Shown here in pieces: positions 35,471-47,090 of a stretch of DNA of 64,000 nt. The notes beneath the pieces are model-generated. The model was not told the origin of the DNA and searched no databases. It saw only the letters and a program-made list of their open reading frames with translations. The first letter of the stretch is position 1. Every line of letters begins with the position of its first letter. This stretch comes from Marsupella aquatica (lineage: Eukaryota; Plantae; Marchantiophyta), in NCBI GenBank assembly GCA_973895155.1, contig OZ316897.1:13825375-13889374 (forward strand), given 5' to 3'. The translations under genes and the position numbers were made by a program.

Positions 35471-38400
35471 TCTGAGGCGAACAGTTGAGTCTTAGAATAA
35501 CAGACGGGAAGTCTTTCAGTTTGTATCATAGAACCCTTCATCTCGTAGATCGATGAGACTACTCATTCTGAGTCAGCTGCCGACTTATTCCGAGTTTCTG
35601 GTCACAAGTGTTTCTCAATGAAAGCGCCCTGATTTCTAGGAATAGCATCATAGACTACTTCTGAAAACATCTATTCACGAAATGCTGGCTTTCAAACGGT
35701 AAGTTTACACAAAAGTCTTTGACGGCTCTTGAGCAAAGAAGCAAGAAATAGATTGGTTTTCCTTCGTTTATTCATGAGTAGGGTCTAAGTTAATTCGGGA
35801 ATACCAGTTCACAATTCTTCGTGGATGAGGTTTTGACTTGTTGACGTTCATTAGATTAGCACACGAATTCTTTATCATGGGGCGCACGACAATTATTCAA
35901 CTTGATGGGCCATCCTGCAACTAAGCGCACGACGTCATTGACCGCTAAAAAATTGCCACGGTATTTCTCACCCTGTCTTGTTTGTGATTTGGACGACATC
36001 CAAAACGCCAACTAGTTTGCTTCTCGACTTACTTACGTGGGCTCGAGTTCATGAATCGGGGATACAACAACGTATAGGACCAGATGAGATAATTGATTGG
36101 TCCAAATTCATATGAACGTATGATCTATCAAGAGGGTTTTCCAAGATTAAAGGTCCAAGTCTACAAGCGAGAATGAAGAGGTCTCTTGCAAAGCCTGGAA
36201 AGGTTTTCCAATCTCCAGATAAAAACAAGACTTTACAAAAGCCAAGAACTTATGAACTCAACCCCGAATTATTCACGTGATCAAAACAATCCTTTTGTAC
36301 ACCGCTCTTGTTCGCGTTTTGACCTCAATTAATAAGCCACATGTTGTCAGTGCATGTCCTGGATTAATTTAAAACTGACAAACCTTTCACTTTCGTTGAG
36401 CAAACTTTTAAAGATTTGGAGATGTCGCTTAGAAATATCAGACAGTAAGGTATTTCTAGTTAATAAAATGTGCTTTTATTCCTTTTTGAACAATCGAAGC
36501 CTGTACTAGTGACGGGCCTAGTGGCGGCGATTCAGAATCGTTGGGCTCATCGGGAGCTTGGGGGCGAGCAGCTCGGCCACTCAAATCCAGGACTTCAGGT
36601 CAGCATTTTGATTGACCGATCATGATGGGATTCTCACCAAAGTGTTTTGCAATTGCAAGAAACTTCTTTCACCCCAGCCTGTAGATGAATTAGGAACTCT
36701 CAGAGTCATACGATGAAATTGTTCAATGCATGGCCTCTTTTGGCAGTTAAGAATGCACTCTAATTGGTGTGAGCATTGTACGTAGCAAGGTACGAACAAT
36801 TTAATTTCTAGGTCCGACCGGTTTTGAAGAGGCCATCAAACCATGCAGATAACCATGCAGGTTTTGTGACGATAAACTGCTTTCGTGTTATGACTAAAAC
36901 GAAAATCTTACATCTGAATCGCAGGTAGCCTAGTCTGCGATCGAGATATTTGAGTCAGTTGGCATGTGGCCCAGGATCTGTGGTAGTGGTTACGGGAGTG
37001 GTTATAGCACTCGTCCACGATGTGAAGTGGTGCCCGAAAAACCCAACAAATTCTCGAGTGTGTATGCTGTCATTCGGTATCATGAGAACTTTACACTCGC
37101 ATGAGGGAGCTCATGATCGAAAGCTTGAACTATGTACCGACAAAACTGTAACAAGAAAAATCGTGGCATGTAGTAGGAATTTGAGCTGACAAAGCTTCAA
37201 CAAAAAAAATCGTGGCATGTAGTAGAAATTTGAGCTGTCGAGTAGAATTCAAGACCCTTGCAACCTATGTACTGTCCAATCCCGATTCACAGGATTGAAA
37301 GTCGACAGAAACCGTGTCCTAGCTTACCTAGAACTCCGCAATAACCCTTCGTTTCTTTGCTCTGAACCATTGACTTTCACTTTCAATGAAAGCAACAAAA
37401 GAGTTCTGACAAGCTGCTGGCGATCACATGCATGGTGCTTCTTTTTCAAGCAGCTCAGAACAGAGATGATTGGGAAGTGGGCACCGGATTAATTAATTCT
37501 TTTCTGACCTTCCGGCCTTCTTGATGATCAAGACATGGAGACCTCGAACAATATTCGAAAAAATGAATGTGGCGCTTTCTCTATTTCTCGGTGCACGCAA
37601 TTAAACCTCCGAGACAGCTTTTGTACCATGCGCCTGAAAATTCTGCCACTCTGGCCTGACAGAAAATGAACGAACAAAGAGCAGCCATTAATATTGAGTC
37701 CTGACATTTTGGACATCATTATTGGAAACTGCCTTTACTGAGTTTTGTCCTTTCGTCTGTCACTTTCTGGCCAAGAAATAAAGCTAAAGTAAACGAAAGA
37801 AATACAGCCTTACAGTAGTTCTCGTTAAGTTTAGAACTTGCTCATTCCTAGGGCCGAAATTTACTCGTCCAGCCCATGTTGAGTTTGGTGGTCTAGTTTA
37901 GGGCTTTACATGAGGTGGCCATGCTATTTTGACCAAAATCAGCCCCATTACATGTGCTTGTGCACAAGAATGGCTTCCTTAACCGAGACTCCCCATGGAT
38001 GCCCATTCTTATTCAATCAGTGCCATACTTTAGATTTCCAAAAAAATTATTCCCAGTGAGATAAATTATGACTAAGACTTCGTTTGACTGAGTATTTCAT
38101 GAAATGTTTTTTTATTGGGTTTAGTGAAATATTTTTATTTTTTTGTGGAAGAGAATGAGAGGTGTTTTAATCCAATCTTGAGAATTATAAGAATTATAGG
38201 GTTTTTAAAGATCAAACTTGAGAGTATTTTAAAAATATTCCCAACCCCAAAAGTTAGTGGTACAAAAATTCTTTAAAAGAACCTTCTTTATTTATCTTTT
38301 AGGATTTACACTCCAAAAGCTTTGCCACGTGACATGAGACCCATTATATGAGCGATTGTGGAATCAAACTAAGTTATTTGTATCTGCAAGATCTTGAGCA

Positions 38401-39711
38401 ATATCATTGGGCTTTTACTGTGTAATTCATGATATTTTATAATGTTTCACCAACAAGAAGCCTCCCGTATCACTCTTTAGTTGGTGTGTCTGACCAATTC
38501 TTGTTGTAGTTGTGCTAAAAAGTTTGATAGCTTTGTTCGAAACTCATTTTCACTCTATTCTCTTTTTTCTTTGTATGAGGAAAACCAAGCCTGAGCTAAA
38601 GCAAGGGAAAACCCCTTACTTCACATTCTGTAAGTCTCTCTCTTGAACAATTAGGAATGCTTAATTGATTTCCCAAACATTCTAGATACTAGACTTAATA
38701 TAAGTGGAATTTGTCTTTGCTTTCAGAGATTAGGAAATCAGAGCTTCTGAAATTCTGTGTCAAGGTGGATTAAAGATGAGATTTAAAGAAATTAAAGAAA
38801 AGACCCCTTGACAAGTAGTAGAAGAAATTGAGGTACCATGCAGAGGTGCAAATGAGTAAACTTACGTTGTAATGAGGAAGTGTTGAAAGCTATTTTTTTT
38901 AAGAGATTACAGGCAATACAAAAGCGCAAATAATTCTTTAGTTTCACAAAACCATCTAGCATGAATTGAGCTACTTTGATTTCTCAGCTCAGAATGTATA
39001 ATGATTGTGATATTGCAGAAATCATCAGATCTGAGAAATTCATTCAGGGTCATGGGCACACCATAGCCCCATTCCAGAACCAACTTTCAATCTCAGATAG
39101 AAGTTTCATTCTAATTTTTTGAACCATTGAAAAAATGTGCATGACTACTATAGTACACCATGTCCTTGTTATGAAAACATATATTGCCTACTTGCCTCAA
39201 GAAGATAATCTATGGGTATAATGATTGGAATGATTTAATAAGATGACTTGCACAATGCTCGCATACAGGACAATGATATCACCAAAAGGATAAACCACAT
39301 TCAAACCGAGATTCAAACAAGCTATTTACTAATGTGTCCTCTTAGAAAGGCAGGCTTTGCGAGCAACCTTTATGTGCAACTCCAACGAACCCCTTCATGT
39401 ACTTCAATTGAATTGATGTAAAATAAATATATACAACTAAAAGTGAGTTGGCGCTACCCCTACTGACAGTGTTTCAAGCGCCAAAGAACAACATCTGACG
39501 GATGGATCATCTTTCATTTTATAGGCAACAAATAATAAAGTGATTCAATGTAACTACAGTAGCAAGCAAAATAAGCTGGATCTCAAATTCCTTAATTGCA
39601 AGAAAATGGGTCAAAGTCTGGAAAATCGTCTTCACAATAATTTCGCACTGAAACACACGAAATATTTACACACTTGTGTTGCGCATAATATAATAATCTT
39701 CGCCAAAAGAC

Positions 39712-42700
39712 TCACTCACCAATTTGATCAGCCTCAACCTCAAAAAATCTCCCGCCCCTACTTCCAGTTCTCGAAAACACATTTCTCAACTCTTGCTTAG
39801 CACGCTGAATGGCATCCAACGTCGTGTCTCCAAAATCTAATGCATCTTTGGAATGCAAATATACATTGCTGGTCTTGATGATCTTTTTCTTCCGATTAGT
39901 GTTACTACCAGTCTTGTGCATACTATTATCAAACAAGTTTTCGCCATGCTCAACTTGCTTAAGAATCAACTCAACTCGTGCGGCTCCTAATTTCTTGTTA
40001 CTTGACTCCTGATTGCGAGGTTGATTGTTTTCCTTGTCAGATGAAGTGCTTACTCCACTGACCACTTCACTCTCAAAGAAAGAATTTGAGGGGCTGTTAT
40101 GAATGGCTTGCTCTACATGGGAAGGAGCAATGCTCTCACCGGTGCTCTCATAGTCCTTGACAGCATTGGATTGGAGTATTACAGCTTTCTCATCCGCCTC
40201 TCGGTCTAGCACACTTTCCGTGTCTTGCTCCTTCTCGAGATGCTTACTTTCCGCGGTAGTGCTATTCGTTTTGCATCCTTCTATGCCATCGACATGTCCC
40301 AAGATATTGCGGATCGTCTTTTGAGCTTCGAGGTGTTTCTGCTTTCTTGTCACCTTGGGAGAAATATTAACTTGGGATTTTGTCTCAGGTGGATCTGAGA
40401 GAGAACGAGGGTACTCAATTGCATTTGGGCGCAATGCTGCTGGTGGTTGAGCTTCAGCGGACGGTGTAGGGTGCCTGGAGTAAAATTTGTTATAGCATTC
40501 TTTGGCACTTCTTCCCGGTACCTGGAAATCTCAGATACCAATCGATTAATACACAGGGGTGTGGTTTTGCGTTTAATGCTTGCAATGCATGAAACCTATT
40601 CTAAATCCCTTTAGTAGCATCGACGAGGAAGAAAAAGCTTAATCCATCAGAACGGATTTCTAAACTTCCTCCAATGCATGCCAAGGATGTCATCTTTTCA
40701 GTGTAAATAAATGTCCATTTGAACATTACCTTGCTTGACTTAAGGAACAACTGATTCTTTTGTACCACTTTAGATGAAAATGCCTCTTTTTGCATCCCGA
40801 CGGAGGTCTTTGTAGAGTCGCTCTAGTTTAGTGGAACGCAAGTGTTTGTGTATTTCAAACATATGGTAGAAACCCTCTTAGCTTTAATTCATCTTCTTCG
40901 CTTGATGTATGCTTGTGATTGCATCTATAATTTAAAAGATTTAAAAGTGCACAAGGTTTGTCAATCGATGGTTACAAAGCTAGCAGTCAGTTTCGGAGAG
41001 ACATTAATTACTTGTCCTAGTGTTTACCAGGATTTCCACTTAGATCAACAATAAAGAACGCCATATGGTCTAAGTTATCCTTCTTGCAATGTGATATTTG
41101 TTTTTAAGATCTTTACCTCATTGGAGATAAGGTGCCAAAAGCAGCCATCAGTTTCCTTGATGGAGAGGTAAGCATTTTGCAGTGCCTTCTCTTGTTCTTT
41201 CGTCCACCCACGCTCATCATCGTGGGAGGAAACTATTTGAGCTAAAGCGCTTTCAAACTCTTTATTCCCACCAGCTCCAGCTATCAGTCGATCAAATCCT
41301 GACACCACGGGAGATTTTGATTTCTTTATTGGTGTACTTGCAGTGAACTCTTGGGTTTTTGGAGCTTTGTCTATCAAACCAAACTTTTTCATCTGATTCT
41401 CGATATTTTTGCGTGTCTTCCGACCCAGTTTTATTTGCCTAGCATCTGACTGTCTGTCCTTCGACACGTCTTGAGCATTCTCCTTCACAATGTCTCTTCC
41501 AATTCGTTCATTCTCCAACTCTTTTTTGGCAGTTGCCCTAGTAGACCTACCGATAAGCCTTTTGCCCAGTTTTCCTGTTTTTGTGACATTCCGTTTCGAA
41601 GCTAAACGAATTGCTCCCAACTCTTCTATCATCTTCTCAGCAGTCATCGTTTTCGTACTTGCAAGAGATTCTATGGTTGATTTATATCTGCTTGCTACCT
41701 TACTTAATATTCTACTTGGTTTATCATCCATGCTAGCATCCTCTTTCCCAGTTTTTGAGATTCCTTCTTTCTGTTTGAGGTTAATGTTCTTTGAATCCTC
41801 GACTGATTTCAAAGTCATGCGTACAAATCCCGATGTATCATTTGCTAGTTTGAGAGCAGTGGCAGTTTCCTTACTTTGAATGGCTAGCATTGTCTCTCCG
41901 AATTTTACGTCCAAGTTGCCATTGCCATTAATTTGGACGCCCCTTGGTTGCTCCAGGACGTGAACATCGTCTGAGAGCAATTTTTTCACCTTTCTCGGCA
42001 GGGTAGGCTTTCTGAGAGCGTGCAATGCATGGGAGCCACTTAGGAGATGCGTCGGTTTTGGCTTTACAAATCCAGGGTCTACTTTTTTTGTGGTCATTCC
42101 AGGCTTCCCTGCTCTAGACTTATCTCTTAACCTGATTTTCCTAGTCCATATGTTTTCAACAGCCTTGTCCTGACTTTGTCTTCTCACGCTGATATTTTTC
42201 TTTTTCGTCTTCGATTTGACATGCTGTGAAGACAAAACATTTAGGGTTGGACTCCTTTTTGAATGGACGAGCTCCTTACTTCGTAATTTGGATTTGTCCT
42301 TTTCAATTTCTGAGCTTCTTGTCGGAGAAATCGCAGGGGTTGGATTTTCTTTGATTTGTCCACGACAGGAATTTTCTTCCCTTATGTTGGTCAACTGTGG
42401 TGAGAACCTACTTTTAGCCTTTGTCAGCTTCCTTGGCTTTGTAGGCGTCTTCGGGTGTTGAGATTCCACAGTGCAAGTTGCTTCCCTACTTCGTTTCCGT
42501 TTGCGCTCTAGACGATCTCTAGAGGCTACTTGGTCTCTTTTCTTAAAGTCAATTCCTGAGCCTTGATCTTGTTGTGAAACAGTTAAGCTCCTCCTCCCTG
42601 GAACTTTCTTGGATAATGATTGCTCCTTTGTGATGTGAGTGTCACCAACTTTTCCTTTTCGCTTCCTGAAGTGCCCAGAACTTTCTTCCTTTTTGATGAT

Positions 42701-42835
42701 GATTTCGGTTTTGCTCGAGTTCGTACTCCGCTTTGATCTAGTTGACTCAATTGCTGCACTAGTACCTTCCGTTGAGCTTCGATTCTCACCTATGTTGTGA
42801 GAGCCTGACCCTCTTTCTTCTTCAAGGTTTGCCAT
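39712..42835 (-). CDS. Large Lys/Arg/Ser-rich nuclear protein with a C-terminal SANT/Myb domain, ~842 aa (exons 42835-41117 and 40521-39712)
   Basis: A phase-0 intron (GAG|GTAAAG ... CCAG|GTA) joins the two long ORFs and rebuilds GWTKEQEKALQNAYLSIKETDGCFWHLISNE|VPGRSAKECYNKF..HPTP. A further 3' exon is possible from the GTGAGT donor at ~39719. Confidence 0.82.
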
Positions 42836-44584
42836 CGTGCAAGAGCCCCTTCTTTAATGTTTCGATGTACTGTAGTTGCATCTTGACATATCGTTGACGA
42901 GATTCCTTCGTGTAATTTTCTACATACATTTGAGTCAAGCGGATTTCTGGAGGACTGGAGAGATCTGCATTACAACATCACATGGATCCATGATCACAGT
43001 AATCCATTATCCCAATCGCCTCCAGCCATGTCTCTGGCAACAATAAAGTGCTGTGCTCCGGGCTGTGCTCATGGGCATCATTCTTGGGACCTTTCACGTA
43101 TGCTTATCCAAGAGCACTTTTCGCCATCATTGTTATATCTATCTTATAAAGTGCCACCAAAAGCTAAGATAAGAACCTGAGGTCTAGAGTGAGGACTCTA
43201 TATAGATCGCAAGTGGGGGCATGACTAAAGTTGGGGTGGAACTGGAAAATGACAATCACTATCAATTTATGAGCAAACCCAGGCACTCAGAGTGCCGGGT
43301 AATTGTAGGGTGCAGGCAAACAGTACAAACTTTAGTGTCATGAGTAAAAAGCCCCATTTCATTAGCAGAGTTAGTCCCTAGCGAGCCGAAACATGGTTGA
43401 TAAAATCCAATTTGGGGACTGGTTTTGGGACTCCTCTTTGGCGAGCTCGCTAGCCATCCGAAGACTCAAAAATGCACTAAAAAAATTTAAGTCGATCTGC
43501 AAAAATCAAAGAAATGAGAAACCACTAGTGACTTGCCAATAACCTCGCTACTAACACTCTCCTTGCTATTAAAATTTGTGTAAGTTTGCTTGCATCATAC
43601 AAATCCTCCCACTCAGACTATTATATCCAAAAAGAGCCAACCCTAAAACATAATTCCAAAGGCAGGAGACCCAATAAAGGGGGCCAAACCCTGGGTCAAA
43701 GTAGGCCATCACCCAATATTATGAAAGATGGATGGAAGGAAGAAACTCTTGTTCCTTTAGATCCCTCACTACAGTAGTTCGATCAGGAATACACTTCCTT
43801 TGTGTCACCCCATTCCCCACAATGAGGCGAGGGGGGGAATGGAAAGGGCACCTCAGTCAGATGTTTTTTCTCCTCATATCTTCAAGCAGTCAAGTCCAAT
43901 AATGTTGACTGCCAATATTCACTACTAAGTCGATCCAATAGATACAAAGATGAGAAACTTAAGGGAGAAAAAAGAGGTTCACAAACAAGGCAAGAGACCA
44001 ATGCAAGTTATAGACAGTGTTAATAAATTGACAAGCAATTTCAGTTTAGGTCGGTTTAGGTCGCCCCTAAAAAATTACACATGTGATTTTGTCCATGGCA
44101 GATTTTCTTTGTTATTGGCTAGAGTCTTGGCTCCTTGTTTTGGGAACAGTTGAACACATTTCTTAAGAGCAAGGGTAAAAGAAGAGTGCACACGTGCACA
44201 CACACCACCAGCAAAGTTGAAGATACTTTGCTTGCAATGGACCTTCACTTCTCGCTCGTCTGCTCTGCATCCAATATGTTGACAAGATACTAAAAAGAAT
44301 CTTTGAGATCAAATCTAATTTACTAAGTCAATAATTATTCCAAACCTTAACTCCCTCCTTTATTCTTCCTTTTGTACTTTATGGGGTCCAGACAATCATA
44401 ATCCACAACACAAGTTGTCTTGGGAATACTGAGTTTTGTCTTCTACTGGTCTCTTGGTAGAAAGGGTACAATTGCAGTTTCCGTCATTTGTCTTGAAGTG
44501 CGAAGAAATAGAAAACATTATAGAGTGAACATGAGATAGTGGGCTTTCATGCAAGTTTTAATATTTATTTATAGTTTAGATCAA

Positions 44585-44606
44585 ATATATATATATATAT
44601 ATATAT
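44585..44606. repeat. (AT)n microsatellite
   Basis: About 11 AT units. Confidence 0.9.
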
Positions 44607-44741
44607 GTTCCTTTTACATCCTAGGGGCCGGGGTTCGACACTTTGATGCTTCTCATATCACATGCAAATTATTTTTTCCAGATTTGGGTTTGTATTTCCC
44701 CATCAACTTTAAATAACTACTGTAAGTCTAAAGCATCTTCT

Positions 44742-44832
44742 TTCCAGATTTGGGTTCATACACCCTTATCAACTTATCTAGCACTCTCAGGAGGTTTACA
44801 GTTAATAAGGGTGTATGAACCCAAATCTGGAA
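44742..44832. repeat. Hairpin: 33-bp stem (1 mismatch), 25-nt loop
   Basis: TTCCAGATTTGGGTTCATACACCCTTATCAACT pairs with AGTTAATAAGGGTGTATGAACCCAAATCTGGAA. Confidence 0.9.
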
Positions 44833-44899
44833 GTGGCGCCCACTTCCAGGAGGTTTACAGTTAATAAGGGTCAATTGCAGTTTCCGTCATTTCCACATT

Positions 44900-45053
44900 A
44901 ATTCAAAGTAAGAACATTGATTAATTAATAAACCAATCTAGCACTCTCAGGAGGTTTACAGTGTTTTCAAGATAACACTTGCGATCCTGGCATAAATGGA
45001 TTCATACCTCTTTTTTGTAAAAAAATAATTAATCAATGTTCTTACTTTGAATT
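44900..45053. repeat. Perfect 28-bp inverted repeat, ~98-nt spacer
   Basis: AATTCAAAGTAAGAACATTGATTAATTA (44900-44927) and its reverse complement at 45026-45053. Confidence 0.9.
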
Positions 45054-46994
45054 TCAATGAACTTCTTTTATTTCATGCCAATTATATAGTACTAAGGAAG
45101 ACTCTTCATTCTATATATTGTTTGACATCCTACACTTTATTCAACTTTGGTTAAAACAGTATGACCATACTTGCAAAGAAAAGAGCAATAGAAACATAAT
45201 TATGTAACAACCAAATAATTGTCGATCATTTGTCCCACATATTAACCTATAGTTAGAACCAAACATCTCGCTAAGCATGCATCACCTGTGGTCATCCATA
45301 TTGACAACGCCCATAATTGTTTTTAGTTTACCTTGGTGAGGACTTTGACAAAGAGTGACTTACAACAATCTGTTGATCAACAAGTCAGATCAATGTGAAT
45401 GCTTGGGTGAATGATCTTATGGTGAGACCATCCTGAAGTGGGTCCAATAACCTTGCTTGGGGTCAAATATAACCATGGCATCCTCAGACAGGGCTTTTCG
45501 ATCATGTAGTTGAATACTCAACAAAGAAGCTACTATTAATACTAATTCGAGTGCATTCATTTGCTTGTTGAGAGATTTCTTGCAAGCCAAACATAATCAA
45601 CCAGCAGTGCTCGACATGGAGTACATCAACAGGGAAAGGTTACCCTCTCTCTTGCTATACTCATTAACCAAAGGCTCAACATGCTTATAGCCAAACTTGT
45701 TCTCATTGGCTTAGATAAATGTTGCGCTAAGTAATTGAAAGGAGATTTTCCTAACCATACGCCTCAAAGGGAATTTTCAGCTTGTCATTGGAAGGTTCTT
45801 GATGCATTCGTGCTTGAATTAGAGTCATGATATATATGTTGCACTTTCAAGCTCAGGTATATCACAGTGCTCAAGGGCGAAAAATGCCAGACCAGGAGAC
45901 ATGATCCGGAAGGCAAAGCAACCCAATGAAGGGGAGGAAAAGAGGGGAATGGACCCCAAGAAAAACAAGCCAAGGGGTCCCATCAAGGTTTGATTGCAAG
46001 GACAACGTCACCCTTTAGGTCAAGGCCATTCATGCAAGTTAGACTAGTTATCTATATTTGTTTCCCTGTCGGTAATCATGCATCAAAATATGGTAATATA
46101 CAGTGTGCACTCATTGGATTAAAGAAAATAAAAATGTGGTTATATAGGGTGTGCACTCATTGTTTGTTAAATAACAAGGTTTATCATGGTATGGAGGAAT
46201 GTCATATCCAGTATATGTCATATTTTGATCTTGGGGGGTTCACCTTATGAAATTGTTGTATACCATGTGCGAACGCCCCTATTTAATCACTCTCTCAAAA
46301 AGGAATAGGAAGCTCAAAAAACCCATCAATCATTTATTGACACGTGGCAAGCAATGAATCATGTGATGACAAGTGGCACTTTTTGAATTGTTACCCCCTT
46401 ACTTACTTCCTCGCTACTTCTAAGTACTTCCCTGAAATGAATAAAACGCCCCTTACTTCGTTCGCACATGATGTCAACATTTGTGGAAGTGACCCCCCCC
46501 CCCCGAGATTTTGATGTCCAATTACAGGGACCTACTGATCTCCTATGGTGACAAGTGAAGTAAAAGATGATTGACAACTGATTATGAAAGGCTTTACAAA
46601 TAATGGCCCTTTCTTCACCCATCCTTCCCATTCAAGCACATAGCATATTATTATTGCCAATAATTGCCAGTAAAACTATAAGGCTGGGAGCATTCCCCTT
46701 GCAAAACAATTATGGTTCAGGTACGTTCAGCTTGAAAGATCAATCACGCCATAAACAAGATCTCTCAAAATTGACAGTGGTATAATTCAATGGTAGCCAT
46801 CACGATGTGCAAATTGTGCACGTTATGCAGTGTAATCAAGTTACTTGGTTTATACTACCATTCTGAGCTACACGTTCCCAGCTTTCAGTGAAATCTTAAT
46901 TACCATCACACTCTCCAACGATGCGAATTTGACGTTAATTCTAATTCTAAGGCAAGCCAGTATGGAGAACGTTCAAAGCGTGGTACGTTCAAGG

Positions 46995-47090
46995 CTGGAC
47001 TGAGATACTTTTGAGGTTGTGATGGACTGGACCGAGATACTTTTGAGGTTGTAATGGACTGAACTGAGATACTTTTGAGATTGTAATGGA
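46995..47090. repeat. 31-bp tandem repeat, 3 copies
   Basis: CTGGACTGAGATACTTTTGAGGTTGTRATGGA units lie head to tail. Confidence 0.88.

Noticed and set aside
35574-35592. AGCTGCCGACTTATTC, similar to the conserved miR319/159 precursor segment
   Set aside because: No mature miR319/159 sequence or complementary arm was seen nearby.
45250-45800. Possible hAT transposase remnant (VIHIDNAHNC)
   Set aside because: Only one short motif, with no supporting neighbouring motifs in frame.
46995-47090. CRISPR-like array
   Set aside because: The 31-bp units are contiguous with no unique spacers, the context is eukaryotic, and there are no cas genes.
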